From NCBI RefSeq assembly GCF_001194135.2, contig NC_068986.1, positions 78,870,750 to 78,906,832 on the forward strand: DNA of 36,083 nucleotides, written 5' to 3'. This stretch comes from Octopus bimaculoides (lineage: Eukaryota). The notes beneath the pieces are model-generated. The model did no database searches, was not told the DNA's origin, and saw only the letters and a program-made list of their open reading frames with translations. Position 1 is the first letter of the stretch. Each line of letters begins with the position of its first letter. Position numbers and translations under genes: made by a program. Positions 1-11,725 of the stretch are shown here, piece by piece.

Positions 1-647
1 ATACACATTCATACATATATATATAAACACACCCCACATACACGAATGGACTCACGAACACATGCACACACACACACACACACAGACATATATATATATA
101 TGCATAACATAATGCAAGTATTAACAGGTAAATCACAACTGATATCAGATTAGATTATGACATATCTTTCAGCGTGATGGTTCAGTTGTTATATGGGTCG
201 TTATATGAGAAGGAAGGAAATAAATAGATGCACAGAAAGTATCTTAAATTTGCCTCTAGAACAGACGTGCAGATGTTCCATGTACATAAAAAGCGGTAGC
301 CATGCATGTTCCAGCGTTCTTTAGCAACGTCCATATATAAAATAAGTACTGTGACAAGCGTAGTCTTTAAAATAATTATGTTATACTGACAATTCTAAAA
401 ATTAACCTCATTCCCTTCATTCCTTTCTGCGTTGTATTCCCCATTGATATGTCTTTAGGTGTTTTAGTTGCATATCAATTTTATATTAAATATGCTTTAG
501 CTGTGAAGGAAGATTGCATTGTTAGTCCTTCGTTTACCCCTTCGCCATTACCGTATAAAGAGATGCTATGAATTGTCCTGTGCAACTCTCCCAATGCTGT
601 AAATTAACTGAATGAGATGGAGAGAGAGCGACTGGTAAAGAGAAGGC

Positions 648-746
<99 letters not shown>

Positions 747-750
747 GGAG
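648..750. repeat. (AG)n microsatellite
   Basis: Near-perfect AG dinucleotide run; explains ORFs 566..754 and 617..826. Confidence 0.97.
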
Positions 751-1654
751 ACAAAATTATCTTAGTGTTTGTTTATTTATTGACGCTGAAAGCATGAAAG
801 GCAATCTTAGTCACGACAGGACTTGAATTTAAAGCGTAGAAAGTGACAGAAAAATTTCTGAAAAAGCGAATTAGCAGAGTCGTTTGAGCGTTAGTTAACC
901 CTCAGCACTCAATGATTGTTAATTGATTTTATAATAATTGCAAACTATAAAATTAAGACTCAATTCACATAGAGGGAATGCTGGGCGCAAACTATCAGCA
1001 AGTAATGCGGCTAAACTAATCCCTGATTCTTGAGAATAATATTGACGTCCACGTTTAGGAAATTTAAAGTGTGCTAATGAAAGAAAAGCATGCACAACAG
1101 CGTACACAAAAAGTTACGCTTCCAATACAAATGGTGATAAGATTCAGATACACAGTCAATTTATATAAGCCATTTAGAAGTCTCTATATATCCACTGAAT
1201 CAGATATAATAAAACAATTTAATCTAATTCCTATCATATGCCTGCTGTCTGTCTATGGAATGAGAACACGTTGAATAGTGGGCTTCTAAACATACAGACT
1301 GAAGATGTGATGATTGCAGTTAGAAATACGTTGTCGATAAGTCTGCAATATCACGGCAATATCCATTAATCGGTCTTTTTAGGGAAAATAATTGTCTGAA
1401 TTCAGATACTGATTTTGCGCCATGAGTTCTCAGTATATTTGGAGTATAGAAATCTCCCATATTTAGAGGAGGCACCGTGTGGACGTATGTAAATGTAAAG
1501 AGATAGGACTGGTATCATTCGGAAGGCTAATATCTACCATTTTTATGTTCATTATTAATTACTCACAACCGCCTTTCCTTTTTTAGGTTGTATCATTCTA
1601 TCATTCCATCATTCCTTTTTTAGGTTCTATCATTACTCAAAAACTTTGAGGAGA

Positions 1655-1985
1655 GACGTGGAGTAGGCGGCAAAATCACCTGATCATGTGACTTTTTCCT
1701 TTTGGAATACCTAAAGAAAAAAGTTTTCCGATATCGTTCTCGAACTCTTGAGGATTTGAAAGAAAAGATTCGTGAGGAAATCAACGCAATAACAGCTGAG
1801 ACGACACGAGAACTTCCGGGAATGACTATAAGTGTATTGTCTACAACCACCATTCGTCCGATATAATTTTTTTTAACCCAGTAAACTGTTTGTTATGTAG
1901 TCTTTAGAAACAAATTAGTTCCTGAATGGTTGTGTTCTGTTCTTATATTCATTCACAATGTAGGAGATCTTTATGCTCCACCCTG
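1655..1985 (+). mobile_element. Tc1/mariner superfamily (maT/rosa-like) transposon, 3' fragment with right TIR
   Basis: Frameshifted translation gives AKSPD/CDFFLLEYLKKKVFRYRSRTLEDLKEKIREEINAIT, resembling the C-terminal WPPRSPDLxPCDFFLWGYLK motif. The fragment ends at ...TTATGCTCCACCCTG followed by TA (1986-1987); the reverse complement TA-CAGGGTGG is a typical TIR start. Confidence 0.75.
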
Positions 1986-2924
1986 TATAACCTTCAATCC
2001 TGCCAAATACAAAGCATCACCTTCTTCAGATATTGAAATTTGGAGTGATTAAAGGTGGTTCACTTCCTCGTTTGCTTCACATCTTTGTAAACAATCTATT
2101 TTCCATGCCTGTGATCATTCGTTTCAGAAATGAGTCACTTTTGTTGTGTTTGAGAAGAAAGTTGCAGATAAAAATGCGGTCCACTAAGTTGTTCTATAAA
2201 TTATGAGGCACCCAAACTTCATAAAAAATCATCTAAGGAGGTGTTTTTAAATACTTTATAACGCCCATATGAGATATAAAATGTATTTCTGCGATGTTTC
2301 GTGTCACGTGACCTGGATTATTTTTTTATCAGTATTTCGATTTGGACATCATTAACGGCCGTAGGTCTTCCGGAATGTATTTGGTCTTCCAGATATTTTA
2401 ATTCAACCATAAAAACAGTAGAAATAAAATGTCCAAACTGTAATGGTATAGAAATACATGTTGAAATACCTTTCAAATAAATAAATAAATAAAACTATAT
2501 ATTCCGTACATCTAGGTCACGTGAGAAACAAAATCACGTATTCAAAAGACCCTAATTTAAAACAAAAACCCAACAAACTTTCGTTCCAGCCCAATATTTC
2601 ACTATGTATCTTGATACTATTATCAAGTGTCTCTACATAGTAGCTGCATATATAATTCATTGTATATATTATCGCTCTAAATCTGATTATTTTTGCTATT
2701 GTCGAGTCCTTTGGGTAATGACTTTTCGCAAAGACGAGGTTTCTCAAAGAAAATGCTTTCATTATGACTACGAACTATTTATTCATGTATGTTGTATAGT
2801 AGCACATTCCCTTAAGTTAATTATTCAATTCTGTTGTTGATGTTGATTTCGACAATTTCAGAACATTTTGAAGAGTTTAGCATAAAAAGTTGTATCTCTC
2901 CCCAATATTTCAGCCACACCCCAA

Positions 2925-3122
2925 AGTACGAGATGGCAGAATCGTTAGTACCCCGGGTTCTTGAAGCATTTCGTCCATCTTTAAGTACTGAGTTCAAATA
3001 ACGCCGAAGTTGACTTTGCCTTTCATCCTTTCCGGAACGATAAAATAAGTACCAGTTGAACACTGGAGCTGATGCAATAGACTTATCCTTTTCCACCGAA
3101 ATTGCTAACCTTGTGTCAAAAT
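2925..3122 (+). mobile_element. tRNA-derived SINE family A (Deu/Nin-like central domain), diverged copy
   Basis: Homologous to copies at 9622, 17417, 24507 and 33962. Has TGGCAGAATCGTTAG (A-box-like), GAGTTCAAAT (B-box-like) and GACTTTGCCTTTCATCCTTTC...GATAAAATAAGTACCAG. Confidence 0.85.
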
Positions 3123-3625
3123 ATATCAATATTTCAGCTACATCCATTCATTACCGTCATTCAGCTAAGCAGTTGGATTAGAGTTCATGTATCATTGAAG
3201 TATAAGATAGATGTAACCCTGGATAGCTCGATAAAGTCAAGCTGCTAGTTCCAGTTTGAGGATCCATTGGCAAAACCATCAGGTAACCACAGACTTCTGT
3301 AAGTATCTGAAACAGTGATATTTCTATTTAGTAGATCAGTGGTGTGTGTCACTTTGAAATGTATATATTTTCGACAGCAATTCAGTAGCGACATCTCGCC
3401 AACCAAGCTGCTTCAGGTTGATAAAGAGCAATAACCCAGAAACCGGTTTGTTGATGCAAAGTTGTGCAGTTCGAAAATATAAGGACACAGAATGTTTTGT
3501 GTCGTATAGCTAGCTGGACACGATGTTTCCTGGGGCTAAATAAAGTAACATTTGTCCCATCCTGGGACTGCCACATTATGTTGACAAAAAGTCATTACTA
3601 TATACATAGGCACCCCCCCCCCCCC

Positions 3626-3635
3626 NNNNNNNNNN
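3626..3635. other. Assembly gap (10 N)
   Basis: N run between poly-C and CA repeat. Confidence 0.99.
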
Positions 3636-4471
3636 CCACACACACACACACATATATATACATATATATATATATATGAGAGAGAGACATAAAGTTTAAG
3701 GCTGGCTGAAGTCAGTATTACAATTGTTGACATAACATTTAGAAGTGTGAAAATACATAAGAAAAATGTAAACGGAATAATTGAGTTTCATAAAAGTATA
3801 TAAAGAACATAAATATATGTCGAATATATAAATACACCGATAACATTGCAAATTTAAAGAATTAAGGCAAAAGTATTATATAAACTATAAAATAATATAA
3901 GCTATACTAAAAATTATTGAGAGTGAATTGGAAAATAAATAGAAAATACGAACTATTTGTATGCTCAATTAACAAATAATTTGGGGAATTGAAAAATAAA
4001 TATGCAAAACATACGCACATACATACATTAATAGACACTCATGAAATACTTTTAGTTGACATGATTTTAGTTTCCAGTGTCTCTTAACATTAGTTATTCT
4101 TATACATCATTGAGTATAGTGTAGATGTATAACTGAATCGCTTCGCTTTTATGGAATCCACTCGTTAATCATTGTGCATACAAAGTTTTTTAAATCATTG
4201 TGCAAACAATGTGTTTTCAATACAGCTACTCACTACAGACTATCTATCTATCTACATTTCTTTCTTTCTCTATATGTATGTGTGTGCGTATATGAGTGTA
4301 TTTAAGTAAGTAAAGAAATATATATATATATATACATATGTATATATTTCGTTTAAGGATTACGATACTAATTATCTGGTGCAGAACTTAATATCTGCCT
4401 CTGACCAAGGGGTTAGTCGAATACAGAGCAGTAATAATAAAAGAAATATTAAGTTCATAACATAATCTTTT

Positions 4472-4810
4472 ATTCCTTAATCAAATCTGTTCTTAAATAT
4501 ATTCCCATCAGGAAGGTTATCTGATAGGCCATTCTTGCTCTACAAAGACACACTAGAAGACAATCTGAAGCGATGCAACATTCCATTTTCTTACTGGGAA
4601 AAGAGTACCAGAATGCTGGACATTGCGCAAGTCCTATTGCTCCTTAGTTGAAAGATTTGAGCAAACTTGACTCTGACATCAGGACCAATTTTGTGTAAGC
4701 ATAAAGGCAGCTGGCAAGATGCTGCTCCTCTAAATAGAAACCTTACTTGCCATTGTGGCTTTGTAGCGCGAAGTAAAACAGGCTTTGCCATCCACTCAAG
4801 AAAACACATA
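4472..4810 (+). mobile_element. RTE-clade LINE, degenerate ORF C-terminus
   Basis: Translation IP*SNLFLNIFPSGRLSDRPFLLYKDTLEDNLKRCNIPFSYWEK resembles the RTE G.R.RGRP..RYKD.LK..LK.C.I....WE motif. It is followed by a C2H2-like end, CHCGFVARSKTGFAIHSRKH. Confidence 0.8.
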
Positions 4811-4970
4811 GTAAATGATTCCCAGGATACTCAACCAAACTGTGTCCTCATCTTGTTCCCCTTGTTCAAAAATTTGCAAGGCCACAAGTGAAATATTCGT
4901 GTCCATAGGACATGATTACCGCCTTGTTTTACTAAATCCTTATTTGTTGTTCACGACTAGATAATCGATA

Positions 4971-5009
4971 ACACACACACGCACGCGCGCGCACACACAC
5001 ACACACACA

Positions 5010-5046
<37 letters not shown>
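4971..5046. repeat. (CA)n/(CG)n microsatellite
   Basis: Direct inspection. Confidence 0.95.
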
Positions 5047-5048
<2 letters not shown>

Positions 5049-5299
5049 CAAAGGTAAAAACAAAACAAATGGAAACCGTCAAAACTTAACAAGTGAAAAG
5101 CGGACGATAGCAGAAGAACGGCAAACAGGACAAAACAAGATACACGGATCATTTGCAACCAATTGTTTCTTCAGTCGGAGTCCGGAATGTCCACGTAGTT
5201 TTGCCCATTCCTATCCGATACTGCTCGAAACCGGTTGGGCCAAGGGCTTAAGCTAAAAGCATTAAGCCCTGGGCATATACAAAGACAAAGAAGTAACAA

Positions 5300-5650
5300 A
5301 CAGAAAGTGTCTTTCGACTATCGGACGAACGTAACGTAAGAAATAGTATTATACACATATAATGGACAAGAGCCTTTCGACTATACAACAAAAGAAAAAT
5401 AATTATAGAGTTACAACAAAAATAAAAGAAAACAAACAGGGTCTTTAGATTATCGGATGAGTACAGTAAGCTAGCGCAAGGAAAGAAGGAAATAGAAATG
5501 TCTTAACTGACCGGGTGGCAAGACAGAACAGATATGACGGACTTCTAGAAATAGAATATAAGATTTTTCCATTTCCTTTTCTCTTGAGCTAGCTTATTAT
5601 ACTCGTCTGAAAGTCGAAAGACCCTGTTTTTTGTTTTATTTTGGTTGTAA
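5300..5650. repeat. Repeat with two direct copies and one inverted copy of a GTCTTTCGACTATCGGACGAG-like motif; about 86-bp inverted-repeat arms
   Basis: 5411-5498 aligns by eye at about 80% to the reverse complement of 5564-5650. A partial direct copy lies at 5309-5340. Confidence 0.8.
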
Positions 5651-6096
5651 TTGTGATTGAAAGTGGGGTGTTATTCACTTCTAATTGGATATAAATATAT
5701 CTTTTTTATATATACATAAAAAAACACACACCTAAAAGAAAGGAAAATTACTAAAAGAACGAATTTGGAAAAAAAACATCTAGATATTAGATTTCTGACC
5801 AAAAGTTAACTATTTTAAATGGCTAATCCTTTAACACCCCACGACCTCCAAACGCCGACCCCAGTCAAGTATCTTGTGTTGACCATTCACTACCTTTTTT
5901 CAGCTATCATTCATCAACAGTCTTTCACTCCCACACTGATTAATAAACCCCAATCCTACCACAAACACACCCAAATCCCATCTATAGAATCACAAAGCCC
6001 CAAATCCTCAGATCTGTTTGACAACGAATGCGAGAAAGTTCTCCCAAAATGTTAGCAAGAAATTTTATAGCAGTATATCTGTGAATGTGTGTTTAT

Positions 6097-6140
6097 GTAT
6101 ATACATACATACATACATACATGCATACATACATACATAG

Positions 6141-6185
<45 letters not shown>

Positions 6186-6222
6186 AAGACAGAGGGAGAA
6201 AGATACATACATACATACACAC
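6097..6222. repeat. Compound (TACA)n/(CA)n/(TA)n microsatellite
   Basis: Direct inspection. Confidence 0.95.
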
Positions 6223-6355
6223 NNNNNNNNNNNNNNNNNNNNNNNNNNNNNNNNNNNNNNNNNNNNNNNNNNNNNNNNNNNNNNNNNNNNNNNNNNNNNN
6301 NNNNNNNNNNNNNNNNNNNNNNNNNNNNNNNNNNNNNNNNNNNNNNNNNNNNNNN
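6223..6355. other. Assembly gap
   Basis: N run. Confidence 0.99.
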
Positions 6356-6423
6356 ATATATGAAGACAGAGGGAGAAAGAGAGGTAGAGATGTATATATA
6401 CTTTTTGTTTATTATCTGTATGG

Positions 6424-6635
6424 TCGTGGTGTTGGCGGCAGCGGCGGCGTTGGTAGTGTTGGTAACGATGATGATGATGATGATGATGAGGATGATGATG
6501 AGGATGACGACGACGATGACGACGACGACGATGACGACGACGACGATGACGACGACGACGTCGCTGCTGCTGTTGATGATGACGATGACAGTGATGATGT
6601 CGACGTTGTCAATTATGATGATGATGGAAGCGATG
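6424..6635. repeat. Mosaic trinucleotide repeat (GGC/GAT/GAC)n
   Basis: Produces poly-D, poly-M/T and poly-S in different frames; no unique flanking coding signature. Confidence 0.9.
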
Positions 6636-7351
6636 GCAGCATGGTCTTGTATCACCGAAGAATTTAGTATTAATATTGAAAATAGCAAATTTCAATAAAT
6701 GAAAAAAAAAAATACTAGATTCAAACTTTTACAAAACCACTGAAATTCAAATTTGTATCCGGCAAAACAGTAGCCAAGAATAATTCGAAGTAAATGTATA
6801 GCTGGAGTCATATTTCCGTGGAATCAACGCACTGAATAAATTAACGTTATATTTAGGGAAATTGTATTGTTCAAGTTCAGACCCGAAAGTTGCAAGAAGT
6901 TAGAAGAACGTGTCAATTAGTATAACTCTAGAATAATATCTTATCAAGTGGAAAACGATAGCCGGCGGAAATATCAGCCCAGGCATCATGTAATAGGTTG
7001 ATGGCATTGCCATAGATTTTTTGGAGTATGAATACAGCCAATTTTTCTCACGTTCTTCGGCATTGAATGTTTCATCACGTTTTCGTCGTTGTTCTCGTCT
7101 TCATTCTCATTTCAATTCTCGACCTTGTTTTTAAATCCTCATATCTGGCACGCCAACTCTACTCAGTTCAAAAATCAAACAACCTGCTTGTAGTTTGTAC
7201 CACGCATTGACATAAAAGTTATCGATAACACTGCGTAACACGAATTTTGTCCTTGGGTAGCAACTGTCTTTTCCTATTGTTATATTGTTAACAGTTGGGT
7301 AGCAACTATTATACCCCGAGAGAGTATGAAAAATGGCTAGTATTTCATTCA

Positions 7352-7680
7352 AGCATTACCTTTCTTCAAATCCCAAAGAAACCTTCTCAACATATGGTTA
7401 TGATGCTTCCTCACTACTCCTGCACATAATCAGAGATGCACATATTGTCACACACTAAGAGACATACTCAAGTCCTTAATGTCAAGCAACTGACTTGTGA
7501 ATCAGTGGTACTGAGTAGAATATTTGCTATAGCTATATTTCTGCTTCAGCAACTCAGTGCTGAATCTGTCTGAAAGTTGGTCAGTTTCAAAACATTGATG
7601 TCCAGATCAAAAGCAAAGTTTGAAGGGAATAGTAGTCACTTCCTTTGATTTCTAGGATGAAGTAAATAGGAAATAACACT
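7352..7680. repeat. Composite interspersed repeat: fragment of the 11726-12274 element plus a module shared with 32930-33085
   Basis: 7352-7535 matches about 11995-12180 (CAAATCCCAAAGAA...ATGGTTATGATGCT...CAGAGATGCACAT). 7535-7680 matches 32935-33085 (GGTCAGTTTCAAAACATTGATGTCCAG...GATTTCTAG...AAATAGGAAATAA). Confidence 0.75.
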
Positions 7681-8149
7681 TATTGACCGAAGACAAAATG
7701 GGAAAGATAAAATAAAAATTTGGTTACACAGTGTAATGGTTTATATGTAGTTTTTTAGTTGTCTACATCAGATGAAGTATTTAACTCAACAATAAAGTGG
7801 TCTATAGCTACTAGGGACAGATCATAAACCGTTACAATAATATCCTTTGTGTGTAACAGTTTCCAGCATTTGACTGTATAGAAAGAAGTATGGGACAAGT
7901 TGAAACGGTATATCCATACATTGGTTATATATCTATTTAACAGAAGAAAATCCGAGTAATTGGTTCGGTGAGATTTATATTCATCCTTTATGTAGGTATG
8001 CAACTGAAATGAAGAACGAAAGATTGATATTATTGAGATCCGAATGTTTCCTTTTGAATGCAATAAATGATCTTGTCGATCTCAATATATTACGTGTCGT
8101 TCATTTTTATCATCAGAGCCCAGTCTCTTGCACTAATGAATAGAATGCG

Positions 8150-8630
8150 TTATGATCACATAGTGATCGTTAAGAAGCTATTCTCTTGCGACAGAAAAGA
8201 CAGTGATTAGCATATTTGTGTTCGAATCTTCTAGGACTAACTAAGAGCAAATATGCCAGTCATCGTTTTGATTTTCATCGTTTAGCATGCAAATAAAGAT
8301 TTGTTATCGGCTGGTATATCGGCGCGGATTAGCCAACAGTTTATTCACTGAAACTATAAAGAAAGCCATTGGATTTTCTTAGATCCACCGGTCCGGGTGT
8401 TTTTAGCCGGCGAAATACATGTCGCCACCTCAATGTCCCAGGAACTCTTCTCCTAGTTTTATGATCATATAGTCGTCATAAAAAAAAAGCCGTTTTGTTG
8501 TGACGAACTCAAGAACGATTCACATATTTGCATTCGCTTCTGTCTGTCGGAACGTATTAAGAACAAATATGCAAGCCATCGTTTTGATTCACGCTGTTCA
8601 CTGTGTAAATAGCGATTTATAATCAGTATA
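8150..8630. repeat. Diverged direct repeat, two units of about 175 bp spaced about 310 bp apart
   Basis: Shared blocks TTATGATCA.ATAGT, CATATTTG..TTCG and TAAGA.CAAATATGC.AG.CATCGTTTTGATT at 8150-8320 and 8459-8630. Confidence 0.7.
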
Positions 8631-8844
8631 TTAATGTTAATGAAGCCAAACGAAAATTATTCAAACGTCAGCGTCCTAAAATAATTGAATGATGACAGGT
8701 TGAATTAAAATACCATTTTCATAGGCCATCATTACCGTACTATGGATATATGTTCTGTTTCTTCCCCTTCCACTTTCTCCAATCACTCTCCCCTTCTCTA
8801 TCTCTCACCTCCCCTTTTCTCGGTTTCTCTCTTTCTCTCTCTCT

Positions 8845-8845
<1 letters not shown>

Positions 8846-8883
<38 letters not shown>
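8846..8883. repeat. (TA)n microsatellite
   Basis: Direct inspection. Confidence 0.95.
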
Positions 8884-8885
<2 letters not shown>

Positions 8886-9621
8886 ATAGTTTTAGATATT
8901 ACAAAGCCATGTTGTGGGTATAATGATAATGTAAATATGTCCTTCCTATACAAATGATATGCGGAAAAAAGAGTAGTCTCCGTGGAATTGTCAGAAGTAT
9001 ACAAAGACGTACTTACATCCGTATTTCAGTTAGAGCAATACTCTGTAATATGTAATTTATTCCAGGTCTTCTGATTCACGCTCTGTTGTTGAACATAACA
9101 TCGATAATGTTTTATTACTGACGAGCAATCAATAGCACAAATTTAGGAAGCAGGCAATCCACCTCTATAATACCCAAATTTATGACAGCTTTTTATATTA
9201 GCTGGATGGTCTATATTTTTTTTTGTGGGGGTGGAGAAAATCTGTGTACTTTAATGAAGAACTTTCAACAAAACAAGGAACCGTCCGTCATGAGAATCGC
9301 CTTTTTTCCCGCGATGCAGTAGCGTAGAAGGAATGTATTTACTTCCTTGTATCACCGATAGTCAGATTTTAAAATATTTTAATTTATTCCTGTTAACTGA
9401 ATTTATATGTTTGCATTATGCACATAAACACTCTCACACACACAAGCACACAGAGACACTCACAGATATTACTATATCAAGTGACCAAGGAAGACCATTG
9501 CTGACCTTCAGTTACATTGTGGGCTCTACGGCTAACTTATATTTAGCAATTTCGGATACGCTGGTGGATAATGAACCCTGTTCTTAACAGGCATACACGA
9601 CTGCAAGCTTATAATAACTTA

Positions 9622-9838
9622 TTCTAAGGTGGTGAGCTGGAAGATAACATGCAGGGCAAAATGCATAGCGGATTTCATCCGTCTTTACGTTTTGAGCTCA
9701 AATTCCACTGAGGTCGACTTTGCCTTTATCATTTCGGTGCCGATAAATTAAGTACCAGTCGAACACTAGCGTTGATCTGTCGACCTATGCCCTCTCGCGA
9801 ATTTTCTGGCCTTGAGCCAAAATTTTGAAATCAATATA
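9622..9838 (+). mobile_element. tRNA-derived SINE family A copy
   Basis: GGTGAGCTGG...CCGTCTTTACGTTTTGAGCTCAAATTCCACTGAGGTCGACTTTGCCTTT...GATAAATTAAGTACCAG, homologous to the other family A copies. Confidence 0.85.
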
Positions 9839-10441
9839 TTACAACTTACCTACAATCTTTAATACAACGACATTACATTCAACAGCAGTAACGAAAACTA
9901 ACCATTCTGTAGCTCTATGGTAATTTATAAACAGGAAATCACTCCAAACTTTCTCAAAATTTCACCACAACTCCCCAAGCAATAGTTAAAAGTTTTAATT
10001 AATATTTTCGTGACGTAACCTTGTTTTTTTCATATGTATCATAACCTTTCAATTCTTTTTCCCGAAACACACCAATTTCATTTGTAATACTACCATATCT
10101 CATAATTTGACTTGAAAACATACTGTATCTTTCTCTTAGAGGGATTCTACTTAGTGCCCAGATCAAGTAGTAATACAAAAATTAGTGTTATCAGATATAA
10201 GTATTAGTCACGCACGCACACACGTGCAGTCGCGCGCGCACAGATAGACAGAAAACATTTCCTACAAATAACTACTCCGATTTCTTTGCATTTATGGCTT
10301 TCCATTTGTACCCCACTAAGGGGATAAATAAGCACCCACTTGTATGTGCATTGCATCTTATAGCAGAAACAACTGTAACCTAATGGAATTCATTGCTTAA
10401 TTTTCTGTTTGTCACTTATTTAATTTCATATATAATTTCAT

Positions 10442-10832
10442 GCGCCGGAGTGACTATGTGGTAAGTAGCTTTCTTACCAACCACATGGTTCCGGGTTTAT
10501 TCCCACTGCGAGGCACCTTGGGCAAGTGTCTTCTACTATAGTGTCGGGCCGACGAAAGCCCTGTGAGTGGATTTGGTAGGCGGAAACTGAAAGAAACCCG
10601 TCGTATATATATATATATGTATATGTTTGTGTTTCTTTGTCTACCAACCATCGTTTGACAACCGATGTTGGTGTGTTTAAGTCCCCGTAAACTAGCGGCT
10701 CGGTAAAAGACACCGATAGAATAAGTACTAGGCTTACAAAGTATAAGTCGTCCTGGGGTCGATTTGTTCGACTAAAGGCGGTGCTCCAACATGACCGCAG
10801 TCAAATGACTGAAACAAATAGAAGAATAAGAG
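10442..10832 (+). mobile_element. tRNA-derived SINE family B (CORE-like), full length, with internal (TA)n and CR1-like 3' tail
   Basis: tRNA-like head with B-box-like GGGTTTATTCCC (about 10493) and CORE-like CACCTTGGGCAAGTGTC (10514). Internal microsatellite at about 10604-10625. Tail GGCGGTGCTCCAACATGACCGCAGTCAAATGACTGAAAC followed by an A-rich end. Confidence 0.88.
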
Positions 10833-11725
10833 AATATTTACATATGAACTGCAGCAGTAAACTATAGAATAACTAAATAAAAATTTAAATTTGAAATTTG
10901 AAAGAAAAAAAAAACAGAGAAATAAAATATATATCTTGTCGTCTACTACAAAGTAATCATCAGTTTTTAAAAAGGTAAATTTGGAGGGTTAAAAATAAAT
11001 AGAAAAATCTCTAAAGATTTGTTCTTCAGTTGCATAGCTGCAAGATTCATATTTTAGCAGAAACTATCCCCAGCATATTTTTACTTGACAATGTAAGATA
11101 TCGTAAGAATTGAAAATGTATAGCGATCAATGTATGGCTTCCGTAAAAATATGAATGGAAGCCAGATTCAGTTTTAAAATGATTGAATATAACCTCATTT
11201 TTCACTGAACTGAAGGAAAACTGATTTGATATAAAAAAGCAGTTGAAGAGAGTTAGTCTTTGTTTGCGTCTACAAGACGACAAAATCAGTAGTTAGAGTT
11301 GCCGTGTATATATGCGAACATGCATGAGATACTGTATAATTCATATTGTGCATTTTTAAATGTCGTGTCAAATTAATGTATGTCCTTATAATTGCTTAGG
11401 TATATCTTTCTATGTGTGTGAAGGGTGTATTTGAAGCGGTAGACTTTATGTCGTTTGAATTAAAATGCAAAATACAAGATAACGACGTAAACCAAACAAA
11501 CAATATTTTTCGTGCATCAAATACACAATTAATCATGTGTGTGTGTGTGCGTGTGTGTGCGTATAAGTGCATGTGTACGTGTGTGTATGTGTGTATATAT
11601 ATGTTAGTAATAATATATACATAATAATAATGATAATAGTATATTAATATATTTTATAAGTATAAATCTTATAAGCGATGACCATGTATTGCTTTGAGCT
11701 TATAAAATATATTATTATTATTATT

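Noticed and set aside
1575-1634. TTCCTTTTTTAGGTT.TATCATT duplication with TATCATTC micro-repeats
   Set aside because: A small slippage or repair scar at the transposon fragment boundary; too short and too few units for a CRISPR-like or functional array.
3370-3450. Minus-strand peptide LKQLGWRDVATELL resembling a death-domain last helix
   Set aside because: Too short; the upstream frame is not domain-like and there is no good splice acceptor.
5160-5240. GAAACCGGT palindrome and a minus-strand CTGAAGA suggesting a third hammerhead
   Set aside because: The two core boxes lie on opposite strands; no complete hammerhead topology can be built on either strand.
6181-6390. ATATA.AAGACAGAGGGAGAAAGA repeated on both sides of the gap
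   Set aside because: Probably an assembly overlap or collapsed tandem repeat across the N run.
6065-6698. Long ORFs with poly-Asp, poly-Met/Thr, poly-Ser or poly-Ile/Val tracts
   Set aside because: Open only because of stop-free trinucleotide repeats and N gaps; no unique coding sequence or splice context.
7755-8063. 102-aa minus-strand ORF, and a plus-strand EVFNSTIKW (BACK-domain-like) snippet
   Set aside because: No recognisable family; the plus-strand frame stops within a few codons.
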